Shown piece by piece: positions 12,657 to 26,601 of a stretch of DNA of 64,000 bases. This DNA comes from Octopus sinensis (taxonomy: Eukaryota). The notes under the pieces were generated by a model that worked only from the letters and a program-made list of their open reading frames with translations, did not search any database and was not told where the DNA came from. The stretch is taken from NCBI RefSeq assembly GCF_006345805.1, contig NW_021835993.1, forward strand, positions 62,001 through 126,000. Direction: 5' to 3'. Position numbers and translations under genes: made by a program. Numbering within the stretch: the stretch's first letter is position 1; each line of letters begins with the position of its first letter.

Positions 12657-13249
12657 GTCTAGATAATTCCAGCTGGAAAGAGTGAATGGTTCTTTTCTTG
12701 AATCCTTTAGGAGCATTCTAGTAACAATGTAGTTAACAATGTTGTAAAACTTGTATGATTCTAAAACAAAATTATGAAATTCTAAGCAATCATTCGAAGC
12801 ATAGTTATCAACTGAGTATGCTGAAATATTCATAAAATGACTACAGCTTCAAGGACGACACAGTCTAGGGGTGATTGGGAGGAGAGGAGGGAGGGTGGTC
12901 AGTGAGGACTTGTATGATCTGAGTGTGTATATGTGTGATTGGTATATTAAGACGGTCAATTCATTCGGGATTGAGGAAGAGATGAAAAGTAGGACGAAGG
13001 GATGTGTAGTTGTCAGTTCAAGTTCTCACATTGGGAGGTTGTGGGGGAGGGGCGTGGAGATGATCGACTGGGTGACAAACATGTGAAGAAAGTTCGGCTG
13101 AGGAAGGGATTGGTTACTCAGGAATAGATTGTCGGGGATCCTAATAAGCAGAGGACGTTGGCTAGGAAAAAATAATTCACTATTTTGTATTCTTCAGTAT
13201 AATTAGATGCAAGTGTGCGATTATGAATAATGGTATTAATATAGCATTT

Positions 13250-14030
13250 TGCGCAGTTAAATCAAACAAAATCTACGTAACTTTCGCGGATTGAAAAAGG
13301 ACCCAGTATTTTCTAGAGCTTGTAAACTCTGGCATGGATCCATATTGGGCATTCCATCTAACACCTCACGCCAATGGGAATGGGATAATGTCTACAGTAA
13401 AGCTATAGTGGAAACACTCAGACCTATATTGGATCAGCCGCACCCCATTCGTTTCGGTGGACCTGCTAGACCTGAAAATAATGGACCCCTCTTTTAGTCT
13501 GGAAGTTTTCTCAATAATAACTCAACTCAGTCATACAGAGAGCCCTCGCTTCAGCAGGCATCCCGTCAATCCTTGAACCTGTTGGATTGGATAGAGGGGA
13601 TGGCAAACGCCCTGACGGCATGTCCACCTTCCCCTACGAGCAGGGGAAATCCCTTATTTGGGATTCTACCTGTTCGGACACGTTCTCGCTGGGAAATCTC
13701 GCTCTGTCCGCCGCCAATCCTGGGCACGCTTCGAGGCAGGCCGAGGAGAGAAAGATTCTCAAGTACGGCCACCTCTCAAACTCGCTGTTCTTTGCTCCAA
13801 TTGCCGTGGAGTCCTCCGGGATCTTCGGCCCCAAGACACTCCGCTTCCTTTGCTCGCTCGGTCGACGGATTTCAAGGATTAGTCACGATCCAAGAGAGTG
13901 TTCTTGGCTCCTGGAACGTCTGTCGATTGCTGTGATCCGAGGAAACGGCTTCGCCATTCGCGAGGCTGGCCGGGTGTCTCGTGAGGCTTTTAATTAACTT
14001 AGCTATCTTTAATTTCTTTCTTAAAAAAAA
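13250..14030 (+). mobile_element. CRE-clade-like non-LTR retrotransposon 3' fragment (restriction-like endonuclease)
   Basis: QRALASAGIPSILEPVGLDRGDGKRPDG..WDSTCSDT..KILKY..FAPIAVESSG..ERLSIAVIRGN, followed by an A-run near 14023. Internally deleted. Confidence 0.8.
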
Positions 14031-15151
14031 TAACTATGTAAGAATTGGCGAGCAATGTGTATGCATATTAATGCTTGTTTGGTGATCAACGCCGATGTAG
14101 TGCGCATCTTAATGTACCCCTCTTTTAGTCTGGAAAATAAAATATGCCATCAAAGTCTAAGCCCCGTTTTGTGTAACGATGATATTACTAGAATAGCACG
14201 CCATTAAGCAACACTGAACACGCTCAACTTGAACACAAAGCATCTTGGCAAATCAGAGGAACTTAATGAATATTGGACAACTCTCTCAATGCGACGGGGA
14301 CTTTACCCGAGATAGTTTAAGCAATAAGCTTAGCAGTAACCTCGTATCAACACTTTGGTGGCATTTAATGAATGGAGGAAAATATAAATATAGCTATAAT
14401 CTATAAATTTTATATTTCATTATAAATTATTAAGTGCGTTTAATTAGATTTGCTTAATACTAAATTATCTATATTTAGAAAATCAAGAATAAATTTACAA
14501 AAAAATATTATCAAAGTTATAAATGTTTGAGTTGCAATTAACAAGAACAATAAAGAAAACTAATATTCAAAGACAGAAACATTGCCATTCCACCTCCTGA
14601 CAAGATGGGGGTTCTGGCTTAAGGTCACTACATAGTATTTAAAAAATCTGATCGGAGTTCAAATATTTTCGAATCATTCGCGGATGATGGATATCTAGTT
14701 CAAACAGCTAAGGAAATTCTCAACAACTATGTGTTAGTTAGCAGTGTGACCTCTTCCGAAGCTATTCGAACATTTCGGCAAACTTTCTGCTCGGTTTAAT
14801 GTTTCTCTAAGATAAAGAGTTTTCTAAGATTCAACAAAAATTTTCTAACAGAAAATATAGAAAATTATGTCTAACAAAAAGTTTTAGTGTTCTTATTTTT
14901 TTAATTTTTAGGGCATAAAGTTAAATTTTAGGTTAATTTTGTATTTTTTAGGTTAAAATAATCGCCCTAGCTATCATGATTATTGATATCATGAATATTC
15001 GATTGATTGACATTCTTATGGACTAACCAGTTAATAAATATAATAATCGCAATTTTGTACATTTTTGTTAGTGTTTATTCAAATATTAAAAAACTATTAA
15101 ATAATACATTATAATTATTTGCGAATCTCATCAATTCTTGTGGTCACATAA

Positions 15152-16856
15152 ATGGTACTTAATAACCCCATATTCGCAGAGCAAGTCCAAATTGAGTGCG
15201 GACATCCAGTCAAAAAGGATCAAATGTCAACCACAGCCGACAAAATCTCGGATATCCTCCGAAGCCTGTCCGTGCCGTACAACAAATCAGTCAGACCAAT
15301 CGAGGCCAGCACAGGATTCAACATGCACTGCATGAGTCCCCTCAGTCCAACCCACATGGAACAAAAACCCTCAGTCCTCTTCATGGGCTCATATTCCGCC
15401 GGAAAAACCACAGCCATCAAATACCTCCTCCAATTGGACATTCCCGTCCTCCGCGTAGGCCCTGAACCCACCACGGACATGTTCCACGTCCTGACCTACG
15501 GAGAGAAGCAGGTGACGGTGGGCGGAGTCATCCTCATGAACGACCCCCACCTGGGCTTCCAGAATTTCTTCCCCTCCAACAAGGACATAGCCCGTCATTT
15601 CCAGCTGACGAGGGTGAATAACACATGTCTGCGGGCAATGGACATAATCGACAGTCCGGGGTTCCTGAGTGGAGAGAACATGGGGGATCAACGAGGGTAT
15701 GACCTGCCGGGAGTGTTGTGTGAGTTGGGGAAGCGGTGTACTCGAATGTACATGATGATGGACGTGTTCAAAGTGGACGTGTCCCCCGAGTGTAAGGAGT
15801 GTTTGAGGAAGATGAGGTCCATGATGGGCAAAATGCGACTCATCTTCAACAAGGCAGATTCGTCAGTGATTTGAATCTGATTCGGCTGTATGGGCCTTCA
15901 TGTACCATTCGGGAATGGCAGTGTGTGCCCCCGAAGTGCCTCATGTCTTTATTTGCTCTTTGTGGGACAAACCATACAACACGACACGTACAGGGATTTG
16001 TTTGACTCGGAGAAACTTGAGTTGTTGAATGACCTGCAAATGTTGTCGGTTTACCACTATCCACACATTGTGGGGAATATGATCGAACGACTCAACTGTT
16101 TCCTCGTAATCCACCTGCTTATGTGTAGAGGTATTTGGTGGTTACAAGACAGTTCCGAAAAATTATGCCGTTTTTCAAAAAGGAGAAGAAAAAGCAGGAA
16201 ATTGTGGCCAATTTCAGCACATTCTACAACGATGCCTTGCGGGATGAGGGAGTGATGGGGGGGATATGATCGTCTACAACCTTGTGTTGGAGGCAGTGGT
16301 GGGACTGGCATGTGAGTGGTAGAAAGCGTTGGATGTGAATAATCTGCCCGAGTGTTGCAACAAGAAGAGTATGGACGTCATTCAGGCTATCCTTGTCAAG
16401 ACTGTCCCCTCCGTGTTGGATAAGCTCAACGATGTTCTCAACGAGTTCAATCAGGATAAGATGGAGGGCGGGGTGTTCGGCATTGTCGACGCCTCCAATA
16501 AACTGTTGGAGCAGGAGGAGGAGAACAAGTTCAGACTTACCGAGAAGGACATTGAGAAGGCCGACGAGGTGTTTGCTACATTTACCACTGTTGGGGGGAA
16601 GGTGGATTCCACGCAAATCAAGCCAGTTATGCTCGAGTCCAAACTGCCCTACGAGTCGTTGGCCAAGGTGTGGGAGTTGTCTTGTTCTGCGTCCGACGGG
16701 CGAATGGACATGTATGAGTGGAGGGTCGCCTCCTTCCTCATATCCTATGTCAAGAGTGGCAAGACTCTTCCAGATAGTCTGCCTCCCCATTTACGCCCGT
16801 CCTCTATGCGTCCTGAGTCTGACATTAGTTCGAATAGTTGGGGTGGACTTGGTTAA
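15152..16856 (+). CDS. EHD: EH-domain dynamin-like ATPase (EHD family) with three apparent 1-nt frameshifts
   Basis: GSYSAGKTT, VGPEPTTDMF, IIDSPGFLSG, FNKAD; C-terminal EH domain ESKLPYESLAKVWELS..DGRMDMYEW..LPDSLPPHLRP. The segment 15860-15975 needs three inserted bases to read continuously. Confidence 0.88.
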
Positions 16857-17029
16857 TTTAATATATTTATTATATATTTTAACACGGTTTTATCTTGGTT
16901 GTAATGTGAGGTTTTGGCAGATGCGGTAGATATAGTCGAAATACAAGTGTTGTTATATTGCGAAAATACAACTTTTATGTTGTGTGGAGGGGCCTTATCT
17001 ACAAAGTCTCCTGAACAGTGGTTAGTGTG

Positions 17030-18870
17030 TTGCATAAAGACGTAAAATGGCTACGGATTGTCGAAATAGTCTTCTATTCTTACGCGCCATACAGTTTATA
17101 AGTAGCATAAAGTGAGGAAACAGCCTGAACAATTAAATATCGTGGAAATGTCTAGTCACTTTTGGAAAACGGTCTGAATTTATACTATTTCCACAAAGAA
17201 AAAACTTTTACTGGGATCAGGGACCAACCCATTCAATGCAAGGATGCCAAGTACTCAAGGTTCTAAGTTGTTTTCGTTAAATGGAAATGATTGTTAGCTT
17301 TAAAAACCATGTCTAATACATTTTGCTATTGAAATTAATAATATAACTCCGATGTTTTAGTTGTAACATTATTTATCGATATTAAGTCTTTAGATGAGCA
17401 AGCGTCTTGCTCCAAAAACACAGGAAATCTCAATGGCAATTGCCAAAAAGCACAAATTAAGTCTTTTATGTTTGATTTAAATTTTTTGCTGATAGATTAA
17501 ACCAAATTTCTACTGAGATTAGACAAGCTATTAAACAATGAAACTTCTATTTTTTGCCAATTTTGGGATCGACAAAAAAACTATTTGTAATTAAACATTT
17601 TTTAAAAAGGATATTTTTGATTATCAGTCTCAGAAGAATTAGATAGGCAGCCGAACTCTGAAAAAACAATCCTATCTACAGAATTAACTATTCTGCTAAA
17701 ATATCATAAGCATAAAACCGATTAATTTATATCTACCGGCTGGAAGCTTATTGCATAAACTCGTAAAAAATAAAATCAGTGGCTAACGGTTGAGACAATT
17801 CCAAAAATCCTCAAAAAAATTTACGACACACAAACAAATCATCTCTCATCTACAAAAAAATCACCTATAAAATGCATGAACACCCTCGACCAAGTGAAAG
17901 CAACTAAGTTTAAAATCCAAAAAAAACAAAATCATGCGAAAACTAGGAAAAATGTCAGAAAATCCATGAAATAAAACTACAAAACCTTGCAAACGAAGTT
18001 GGAAGGTACAAGCAGGAAACGCAGATGAATGCAGTTGTAAAGATCCTAGCGCGAAAGATAAAATCCGAAAATATAAAAGTTTATGAAGAACTCGGAAAAC
18101 CTATTTACAACAACCAGAAACGCATAGACATCATAGTTGATCACTTTGAAAAATATTTCAATTTTGGAAAAGGAAACGCTTTATTCATTTGACGGAGTCC
18201 TGAGAAAGCTATCATTATAAATAATTTTATCGGGAGTTATAAAGCCTGTGACTAGGCTAAACAACTCAAAAACACCAGTCCTAGACAATATTAACCCAGA
18301 ACTCATCAAACACACTCCTGAAGAGTTTCAAAAACGCACACTCATATTCTAAACAAAACGTTTAAGGAACACTTCAGAATTAACATCGGAATCAAAAAGT
18401 TAATACATAAAACGGAGAAGAAAAGAGGAAAGCTAACTAGCTTAAGACCAATCATACTACGCAGTTCACTGCACAAAATATTATCGCTAATCTCTGGCCA
18501 AAATGGATTTTTCTCTGAATGATCAACTTATAATTTCGTTTGGAGCCACAAATGAATGTATGCATCATGTCGAAAATATAAAGAGAAGTATTACATAAAG
18601 CGAATTGACACCATTTGACTCAATCAGAAGGTCAAGATGATACAAATATTAACACTACTACTCGAGAAAGATTACATTGAATAATTCGTTATCTACTCTC
18701 CTCCACTCAAGTATCTATTAAGCTAAGAAAACAGAAATGAAGTGTTTGGAACGAATAAAGGAACCCACAAAGAAGACGCCTTGTTTCCGGTTTTGTTCAT
18801 GGCATATCTGGAGGAATAATATCCCCATGAATATAACAGAAGTCATCTACGCAGATTATACAATATGTTC
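17030..18870 (+). mobile_element. Decayed LINE (APE-RT type) remnant
   Basis: Broken RT peptides KTPVLDNINPELIK, LRPIILRSSLHKILS, DALFPVLFMAYLE, IYADY with many stops and frameshifts. Confidence 0.65.
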
Positions 18871-19143
18871 GTAAAAATCCAATTGTACAATATGTTCGTA
18901 AAAATGGTCTTACTGTATAACTCCTTTATTCGGGCAGCCACAATGCAACCCTTCTACCTACTAATGTTGCGGTATAGATATTAAAAAAATAATATATTAA
19001 GTAATGGTAAGTCCATTCAGTACACCACACAATAAAAAAACTACTCAATGAATAAAAAATCGAATTTCTCAATTACACATGTTGCTAAATCAATTTTAAT
19101 CAAAGCGAAAATAATAAAAATCATTAAAAATAAATGTTATAGA

Positions 19144-20605
19144 TTAGTTAGCAATATCCCCACCTCTTCTTTCCTTATAAAGTCGGTACCTAAAATACAC
19201 AAAGAAACACTACATCATCACAACAAAAACAAAAGCGAAGAATCCAGTCAAAATAAGGAAGATGAGCCCCGGAAATATCTCAATTGTCAGCCTATAGATC
19301 TGCAGACCAAACGTATTTCCCCCCACAGCTGACAAACTCTGAATGATCATAATAATGGAAAAAATCCTTCCTGGTATGAGTCACCAAACAAACCTTTCTC
19401 GTCATCGTCGACAAGCTTGACTAACATGGATCGAAGAATGGCCCCCGGGATGGTCTGGAGGGACAAGAACGCAACAGCTAAACATGTAAAGAAAGAACAA
19501 CCAATGTAAATAAGCAAATTCTCTTTGACCAATCCAAAAAGAATGTATCCAGTAATATTGGACAGACAGGCGACGATGCCATAACTGGTATCGCGGAGTC
19601 TGGCCTGGCCGTCCTCGTTCTTGGCGAGGAGGAAGAGGGAGCTGAGAATGCCGAAAAGGAGTCCTCCGAGACTGGAAATGGTGATGACGATTGCATATTC
19701 CTTGTTGGTCATCACAAATGGGTCGGAAGAGAAACAAATAACTCACGGAGGTGGAAGGCTAGAGAGATAACCACAACCAGTCACAATTGTAGGCCGCATG
19801 GACAGGAAATAGCAAAACAAATACAGCAAAATCAACTTCCGATTGTCCCTCTTCTTGAACACGACTCCAAAGAGTTGTCTGAGTGGTGAAAACAACAAAA
19901 CTTGAAAAAGCTTGTTTTTTTTTCCTCGAGCAGAGAAGTGTTTGGGGAAATGTCGGGGATTGCCGCAAGTCCGTAGAAGGCGGCCAAAACGTACAGCGCG
20001 AGGGATATGAAGAAGACAGGTCGAGTTGTTTCAGGTCGGCGAGGTACCCGGCGATGTTGTTTGTGATGGAAGTGGCCAGGATGATAACCACCTCTGCGAT
20101 GATCAGTCTTTTGACAAAGTGCCGGGACTGGCCGTGACGGTGATGTAACTGAAACTGGTTTGAGTTAGCACGACGACACTTCCGAAAATGAAGGACACGA
20201 TTGTGGAAATGTAAATGAAAACAAAATCGAGGTCGAATCGGACGATGAACATGAGGAACAAACACCCGCCTGAGGACCCCAGGATAGGCAGAGAGAGCGA
20301 CTGCTTGAACCGCCCTTTATCAATTTGGATTCCCGACAGCAGGGTGGCCACCATGGGAATCGACACCATCAGGAAACTGTTTATTGTCAGCACATTGTCC
20401 GCCAGTTTCTGCACATTTAGTCGTTTCACTCTGTTTATTGTGCTCATGTTTTTTTGGAATGGAGGAATGAGCAGTCCCTGTATAACTGTTCGCATGATTT
20501 TTGGTAGATCAAGGCTTGGCGGGAGAACCCCTGGAGGTTTGCGGCCAATATTATTATAAAGAGAATTGGCTCAACGTAGGAGATGCGCTTGCCCCAGTTT
20601 GGCAT
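19144..20605 (-). CDS. SLC46/PCFT-like MFS transporter, multi-exon
   Basis: N-terminus MPNWGKRISYVEPILFIII (VEP motif); multiple hydrophobic segments; DKGRFKQSLSLPILG; ILRSMLVKLVDDDEKG (cf. SLC46 RSxLSKLVxxxEQG). Confidence 0.75.
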
Positions 20606-20899
20606 TATTAAAATAATCACATTTAATTTAAGAATTTATTTATTTTACATTTAAAAATTCTTGAAATTATAAAAAATAATTTAAATGCATATTATTAAAA
20701 ACAGTTTTGAGTATAAATGATGATTAAAAAATTGCAGCAACTGGACTACGTCGACAAAAGAGCAGCTTGTCAGTATAAATAATTTAAGAAAATTAATGTC
20801 ACAGGCTTGAAAGGACCCCCAGGCTTGAAGGGACCTACCCTAATTAGATATTTCATACACTTAATAATAAAAATATCGGTGACAATTAATACCCAAATC

Positions 20900-22000
20900 T
20901 GCAACAAAATAAAGATTAATAAAACAAGTGTTGCATTCACATCAAGAGCTAACGTTCAACTACCATTTACTAAGAATTGTTTGGTTTATGTAGAATTATG
21001 GTTAGTAGCTTTTTGTCTTCAGATATGGAGTTCACGTCGTCTGCGTAGATTGTTTCTATCATATTATCATAAAGTGATCCAAGTTTGTTTCTTAATTCTC
21101 TTAAAACAGTTTCCAAGTATATAATGAATAAAATCGAGGATAGTAAGTCTCCTTGAGGACTTCCAGTATTAGTAATAAAATTTTTAGATTCTGTCATTCC
21201 AAGTTTTACACAGAGAGAAGTATTTGATTGAAGCTGCCGAATTATTTTTACAGTCTTCATCGACAATACTCATAAGGAAGTTGAGTAGTTTAATCCGATC
21301 AATGCTATCAAACGCTTTCCTGAGGTCAATTCTGAAAATATGGATCACGACTTTATACTTTTGACAAAGCGCAACAAACCAACGATGGTTCTATACTGCA
21401 TTGGTAGTGGATCCTCCGGGTACAAAACCACTTTTTTCCAAAGCCAAATATTGCTTGACTTGTTTAGTTATTTTTCAATGTGTGGCAGACACAACAGAAC
21501 TATCGACTCAGGTTTCTCAGGTCACCACTTTGTTTTCTTGGATTTTGAATAGAAATTAATAATCCCTCGGCTAATGGGAGCCAACAATGATGTCAAAAAC
21601 AGCTGTTGAAAATTCCAACCATTATCATCGAACGTGAGTCAGGTAAATATTTCAAAATTTTGACTGGGATTTGGTCGTATCCCGGTGCGCGATTGTTGTT
21701 TAGGCAATCAAACGAGTTGATGACCTCATTATTTATGATCATATTTTTCAACAGACGTTTTCTGTTTTTACTTGGAATTGGTTTTCAAAATGACTTGCAA
21801 TACGATCCTTTTTGTATTCCTTATTTAGAATAGAATGCCCTAGTTCAGTTGTTCTCAAACTGGGGCACACGAGATTCAATATTGTAGGTAATTCTTTATG
21901 AAGCTGTAAATAGATAATACAAAAAATTCTAATTTTACGATGTTTGATAAGTTTACTGATAACTTCTGTCATCTAAAATTGAATAAAATAAAAATTTTAA
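20900..22000 (-). mobile_element. Decayed LINE reverse transcriptase remnant
   Basis: FITNTGSPQGDLLSSILFIIYLE..IYADD in ORF 20970-21266; surrounding frames broken. Confidence 0.75.
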
Positions 22001-22061
22001 AATAAATTAACTTCCAATTGAGGAAAAAAATTCTTTAATTTGGATAATAACAAGGTCAAAA

Positions 22062-23400
22062 ACAGGGCGGCCAAGCTCGATCTGCGAGCACGGCGGGGCA
22101 GAAGTTAAAGTCCAGCGAGATCATCTGCCTCAGCCAAGAGGACTCGCAAGCATCCATTTTCTTCAGAGCAGTTAATACTTGGATATACATTTCCAATTTA
22201 TACTTGGATGTATACCTGAAATTGATAAAATAGATTTTGAGCTTTTTATCAATCCTGTTACCATTAAAATGTATGGTTTAATCGAATTAATAAATTCTTA
22301 CGAGTCAAAAACATTATTTGAATCTCCACCATTAATGCACTAGGACAGAGCCTAGTTCATCAAGGACGGTAATTCTGGCTTTTTTTCTTCAATTCAGTAA
22401 CCGTACAGCTTTGTGCATTTCACTTTCGGAATGCAAAGATTCAATTTCACGGACCATCGAATCAAGAGCGTTGATCCATAGCTTCTTTACTTGTGTTTTA
22501 ATTTGATGAAAAATTTTCTTCCGTTCCGTTTCTAGCTTTTTTTCTTTATCAAGTTGCAATTTTCAATAACAGGACGTAATTATTTTTGCTTACGTAATAA
22601 TGATTCAATGATCAAATATGTAGTTTTAGGCATTCATTTCGAAGAGAGATTTATCCTATAAATTTTTCTGCTGCACTTACGAATATAGTGATCGTGTTTT
22701 TTAGTAATTTATCTGGGTACTCCTTTTGTGGAAGATTAGCACTAACACACTTTTGAAATTTAATCCTCTTGGGTTAATTCCAAATAACTTCTGTCGTGGC
22801 GGGCCTTTACTTTGTTTAAACTGACTTTTTATAACGGCGGTATGTGATATTTTCTCTGTAGTAAGTAATTTGATTGACAACCAGTTTGTTGTCGCTATAT
22901 GTCGTACATCCTCAATATAAAATAAAGAAAATATACTATAGTCAATCACGTTGTATATATAATTATGGATAAACATAAAATGAGGCACTTTTAGAAGGAC
23001 TTCCAAAAACATCTGAACTCAATTCTATAAAGAGCTAGCAAAATAATCACATATATTGGTTGGTCTGTGTTATACTTGGGTATATACTTAATTGCCACAA
23101 CGGATATCTATGCCCCCGAGCAAAATTGTGGTGTCTTTGTCGTAAGTTTAATTCAAAACTTAAAATGGGAAATAAAAGTGATTTTCCAACACAATTCACT
23201 ATAACAAGGCACACTGGGAAGGGAATATGGACAATCATTGCGACGAACCATCTGTTCTGACAATATTAAACTGTCTACCACAATGAAAGAATGGGAATTG
23301 CTTTCGAAACTTTAAACAAGTCCACGCCCAATCTTTGACGCATTTCTCGATTGACTTTAAATATTTCGAAAATAGTTAGCAATCACGCTGCTAAATTCGG
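22062..23400 (-). mobile_element. Decayed hAT transposase remnant
   Basis: hAT-like end cagggcggccaa at ~22063 and a weak peptide DVRHIATTNWLS (cf. TEVRWLS). Heavily disrupted. Confidence 0.4.
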
Positions 23401-23592
23401 TGACAGTCGTACATGTTGGTACGGTGAGAATAATCTTTCCAAGTTCTATATAAGCCATCGTTGAAAAAAATGGATTTCCTATGCCTTTCTATAAAGACAA
23501 GTCTGGTCTGAAAAGAGAATTGGCTGAACACAGAAAATTTCCCATTCTGGCTTTCTTGATTGATAGAAAAGATAAAAGTTGCGCACAGAGTA

Positions 23593-25108
23593 CAGTACCG
23601 CTCAAATGTTTCGGACCACCCTATTTTTCTCAATTTCCAAGTCAATCCTAAATTATTTTATACGGTTCTTTAGAGAAACTTATTAGATAAGCTTAAATAC
23701 ATTTATTCTATTCTAAAATTTTCTTTAAATATTTTTGTTTGGCGCCAATTGAATATAATTGATTTTTGACTCGATCATATGTTCCGGACCAGTTGCAATC
23801 ATATGTTTCGAACCAGTTAAATCTCTTTAAATTTAAATAATTTTTGATTCAATTAAAAACAAAAGACTAATAAATAACAAATGCCGCGTGTTTCACTGGT
23901 TGATCGGGTCGCTATCATCACTTTTTTTAAAGATGGAGCTTCACAAAGAGAAATTGCCGAAAAATTAAAAATATCCAAAACTGCTGTTCAAAGAACAATT
24001 TCCAGATATTCATCCGTTGGACTATATTCCGACAGACCCAAATCTGGTCGACCGAGATTGTTATCCCCAAGATCTGAACGCAAATTAGTGAGAATTTCGA
24101 AAGCAGACCCCACAAAAACGGCAAATCAAATTAAATTTGATATGAAATTAAATTCTATTGTAAGCACAAATACAATTAAAAGATGCCTACAAAGAAATAA
24201 TTTGAATGGGCGAAAGCAATGCCCAAAACCAAGTCTTTCCATATGCCATAAAAAGGCTAGAAAAAATTGGTGCATTGAGAATTAACTTGGAGCCAAAATG
24301 ATTGGGGTAAAATTATTTTTAGTGATGAATGCAAAATAAATTTGCATTCAAACACAAAAATTATGTTAGAAGGCCACCAAACTCTAGATTTGACTCAAAA
24401 TATTGTTTAAAAACACGAAAATTTTCTCCTAGCATTATGGTCTGGGGAGCTATTGCTGCAAATGGATGGAGAAACATTGTCTTATGCATTAAAAATGTTG
24501 ATTCCGCAGAGTATCAGAGAATTATAAATGTTGGACTCGAAAATTTTTATGATAAGACCATGTATCTCCAGCAAGACGGCGCTCCTTCCCATCGGTCCAT
24601 GTCGACAATGAATTTTTTTCAAAGGAAACAAATAAAAATCTTAGAAACTTGGCCGAGCCAGTCACCCGAACTGAATATTATTGAAAATATGTGGTCGGTA
24701 CTAAAACAAAAACTTTATGATCTGGAACCAAAGATCTTCCAGAGCTCTGGAATTTGACCAAAAAAATTTGGTACGAGATTGATAATTCGTACATTGAAAA
24801 ATTATACAATTCACTTCCAGAGCGAATAAATGCTGTTATAACGAACAACGGAGGAAATATTAATTATTAACTTTTATAAGTTTAATAAATTTTCGGTTTT
24901 TTTTAAACTGGTCCGGAACATATGATCGAGTATAAAATCGATAATTTTAAAATTGCGCCAAACATGAATATCTGTCCAAGTTTTTAAAATAGAATAAATG
25001 TGTTTAAGCTTATCTAATAAGTTTCTCTAAAGAACCGTATAAAAATAATTTAGGATTGACTTGGAAATTGAGAAAAATAGGGTGGTCCGAAACATTTGAG
25101 CGGTACTG
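23593..25108 (+). mobile_element. Full-length Tc1/mariner transposon with long IR/DR-type TIRs; transposase 23881-24870
   Basis: TA|CAGTACCGCTCAAATGTTTCGGACC...GGTCCGAAACATTTGAGCGGTACTG|TA. The inverted repeat is near-perfect for over 120 bp and there are inner repeats atcatatgttccggaccagtt. Motifs SGRPR, IIFSDE, LQQDGAPSH, SPELNIIENMW. Three 1-nt frameshifts and no nonsense substitutions seen. Confidence 0.96.
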
Positions 25109-25351
25109 TAATAGACAAACATTATATTTTTTGATATATCTGTAGAATGAGAGATTCCGGAGTGCTTTTGAGAGATCCCTCACCCCATAAAGGATGCTTC
25201 GGCCGGATCGGGGACTGCTAAACCGGATAGAATGCCAAGCAAAAAGCAGGGGACTGAAAGGGTCATCCTGGTGAACAATCGCACAGAGTAATAGACAAAC
25301 ATTATATTTATATTAAATTATTAATATTATTTAAATTGTGTTCTCGTCGAT

Positions 25352-26601
25352 ATGATCTTAGTTTTGCTAAGCATAGTCTACCCTCTTTCCTCCACTGACA
25401 TTCCCCCGTCCCCGAAGAAAACGTAAGGATAATTAATTCTCACTCACAGACCGACTATTTTGTTCACCAAAGTCCCCAAATCTCCACGTTTCCTCAAACT
25501 GATATCCTTAGGCCACCTACCTGCTACTCCACATTTTTTCTGTCACATTTCGTCAAGTTTTACAAACAGCAAAGACACGGGTTGGCACAGTTGGATTTAA
25601 TTTTCAGATTCATTTGCTCGGATTTGCTGCATTCCTTTTTCTTGGAGTGTCGATCTTCTTGTATTTGAGAAAAAAGTCAATTTCCGAGCCGACAGACACA
25701 ACTGATAGTCATGCTGATGATCTTGACAGAAAATGTTCAGATCCTGAAAGAGAGTACTCCTCTGCATTGAGTGCCCCCTTAATCATGGTCTGTGCACGTG
25801 TCCTGGATTGCATCAGACCTCGCAGGGGACGTCGACAGAAAATGGTTTTGTGGACAAAAAAATAAATTCCTTCGGCCAACAGACTGATCCGCTTACACAT
25901 TCGGGGTTCTTTGGGAAGAAAGAGGCAAAAGTGAGTGGAGAGTGCGTGATGTGTTTAAAAGGAGGTTTTGTCCTTGTTGGATTCCTTCGGGGAGGTGAGG
26001 GATGTCATTTTGTCGGATTCCGTGACCACCGAGGACGAGAAACGTAGGATATTTTTATTTGTCCCCGAATAGTCCAACTTCTCAAAAACGTGGCCAGAGA
26101 TTTCTTGGACGTGAAAAAAGTAGACGAATTGTTTTTGTTTAGTCCGCGGACAAACTCAGTTTGATGGAACGAAGACTTGGGGCGGCCGAGGATGCCCACG
26201 AGCGGGCAGTCCGAGAGAACATGGCACTCCGAGGTTGCCCTCTGCGGATTTTTCAGAGGAGAATGGACTGTTGCAGGCCCAGATGGACGGATTGAGGGCG
26301 GAGAAGCGACAACTGAGTCTGACAAGCGAATACCTTGGCAGAGAAAATGGTGTTTTGAAGAACCAGTTGGTTGAAAGAGTGCGAGGAGGTGAGACACCTG
26401 TCAGGAGGGAGGACGAGGAGTGTTTTGTATGGCTGATTTAGTGTAGGGAATGTGTGGAGTGGAGAGTGCGATGTCTCAACTATTTGACTCAATTGCAGCG
26501 AAGTGAGATCAGAAATAACCAACTCACCAATTCGTAAGTGAATCTTTATTTACAGCAGATTACTCAAACTGGAAAGTGATCGTCGTCGAGACTGCATTTG
26601 A
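25352..26601 (+). CDS. Hypothetical multi-exon membrane protein with C-terminal coiled coil
   Basis: Signal-like start MILVLLSIVY; TM segment LLGFAAFLFLGVSIFLYL followed by RKK; heptad-rich EENGLLQAQMDGLRAEKRQLSLTSEYLGRENGVLKNQL. Exon chain not fully resolved and it could be two genes. Confidence 0.45.

Noticed and set aside
13485-14135. 20-bp direct repeat acccctcttttagtctggaa (13485-13504, 14116-14135) as TSD of the CRE fragment
   Set aside because: The first copy appears to lie inside element-coding sequence (PSFSLGSFLNNNS-like, with element-like peptide upstream), so it is more likely an element-derived fragment than a target duplication. Unresolved.
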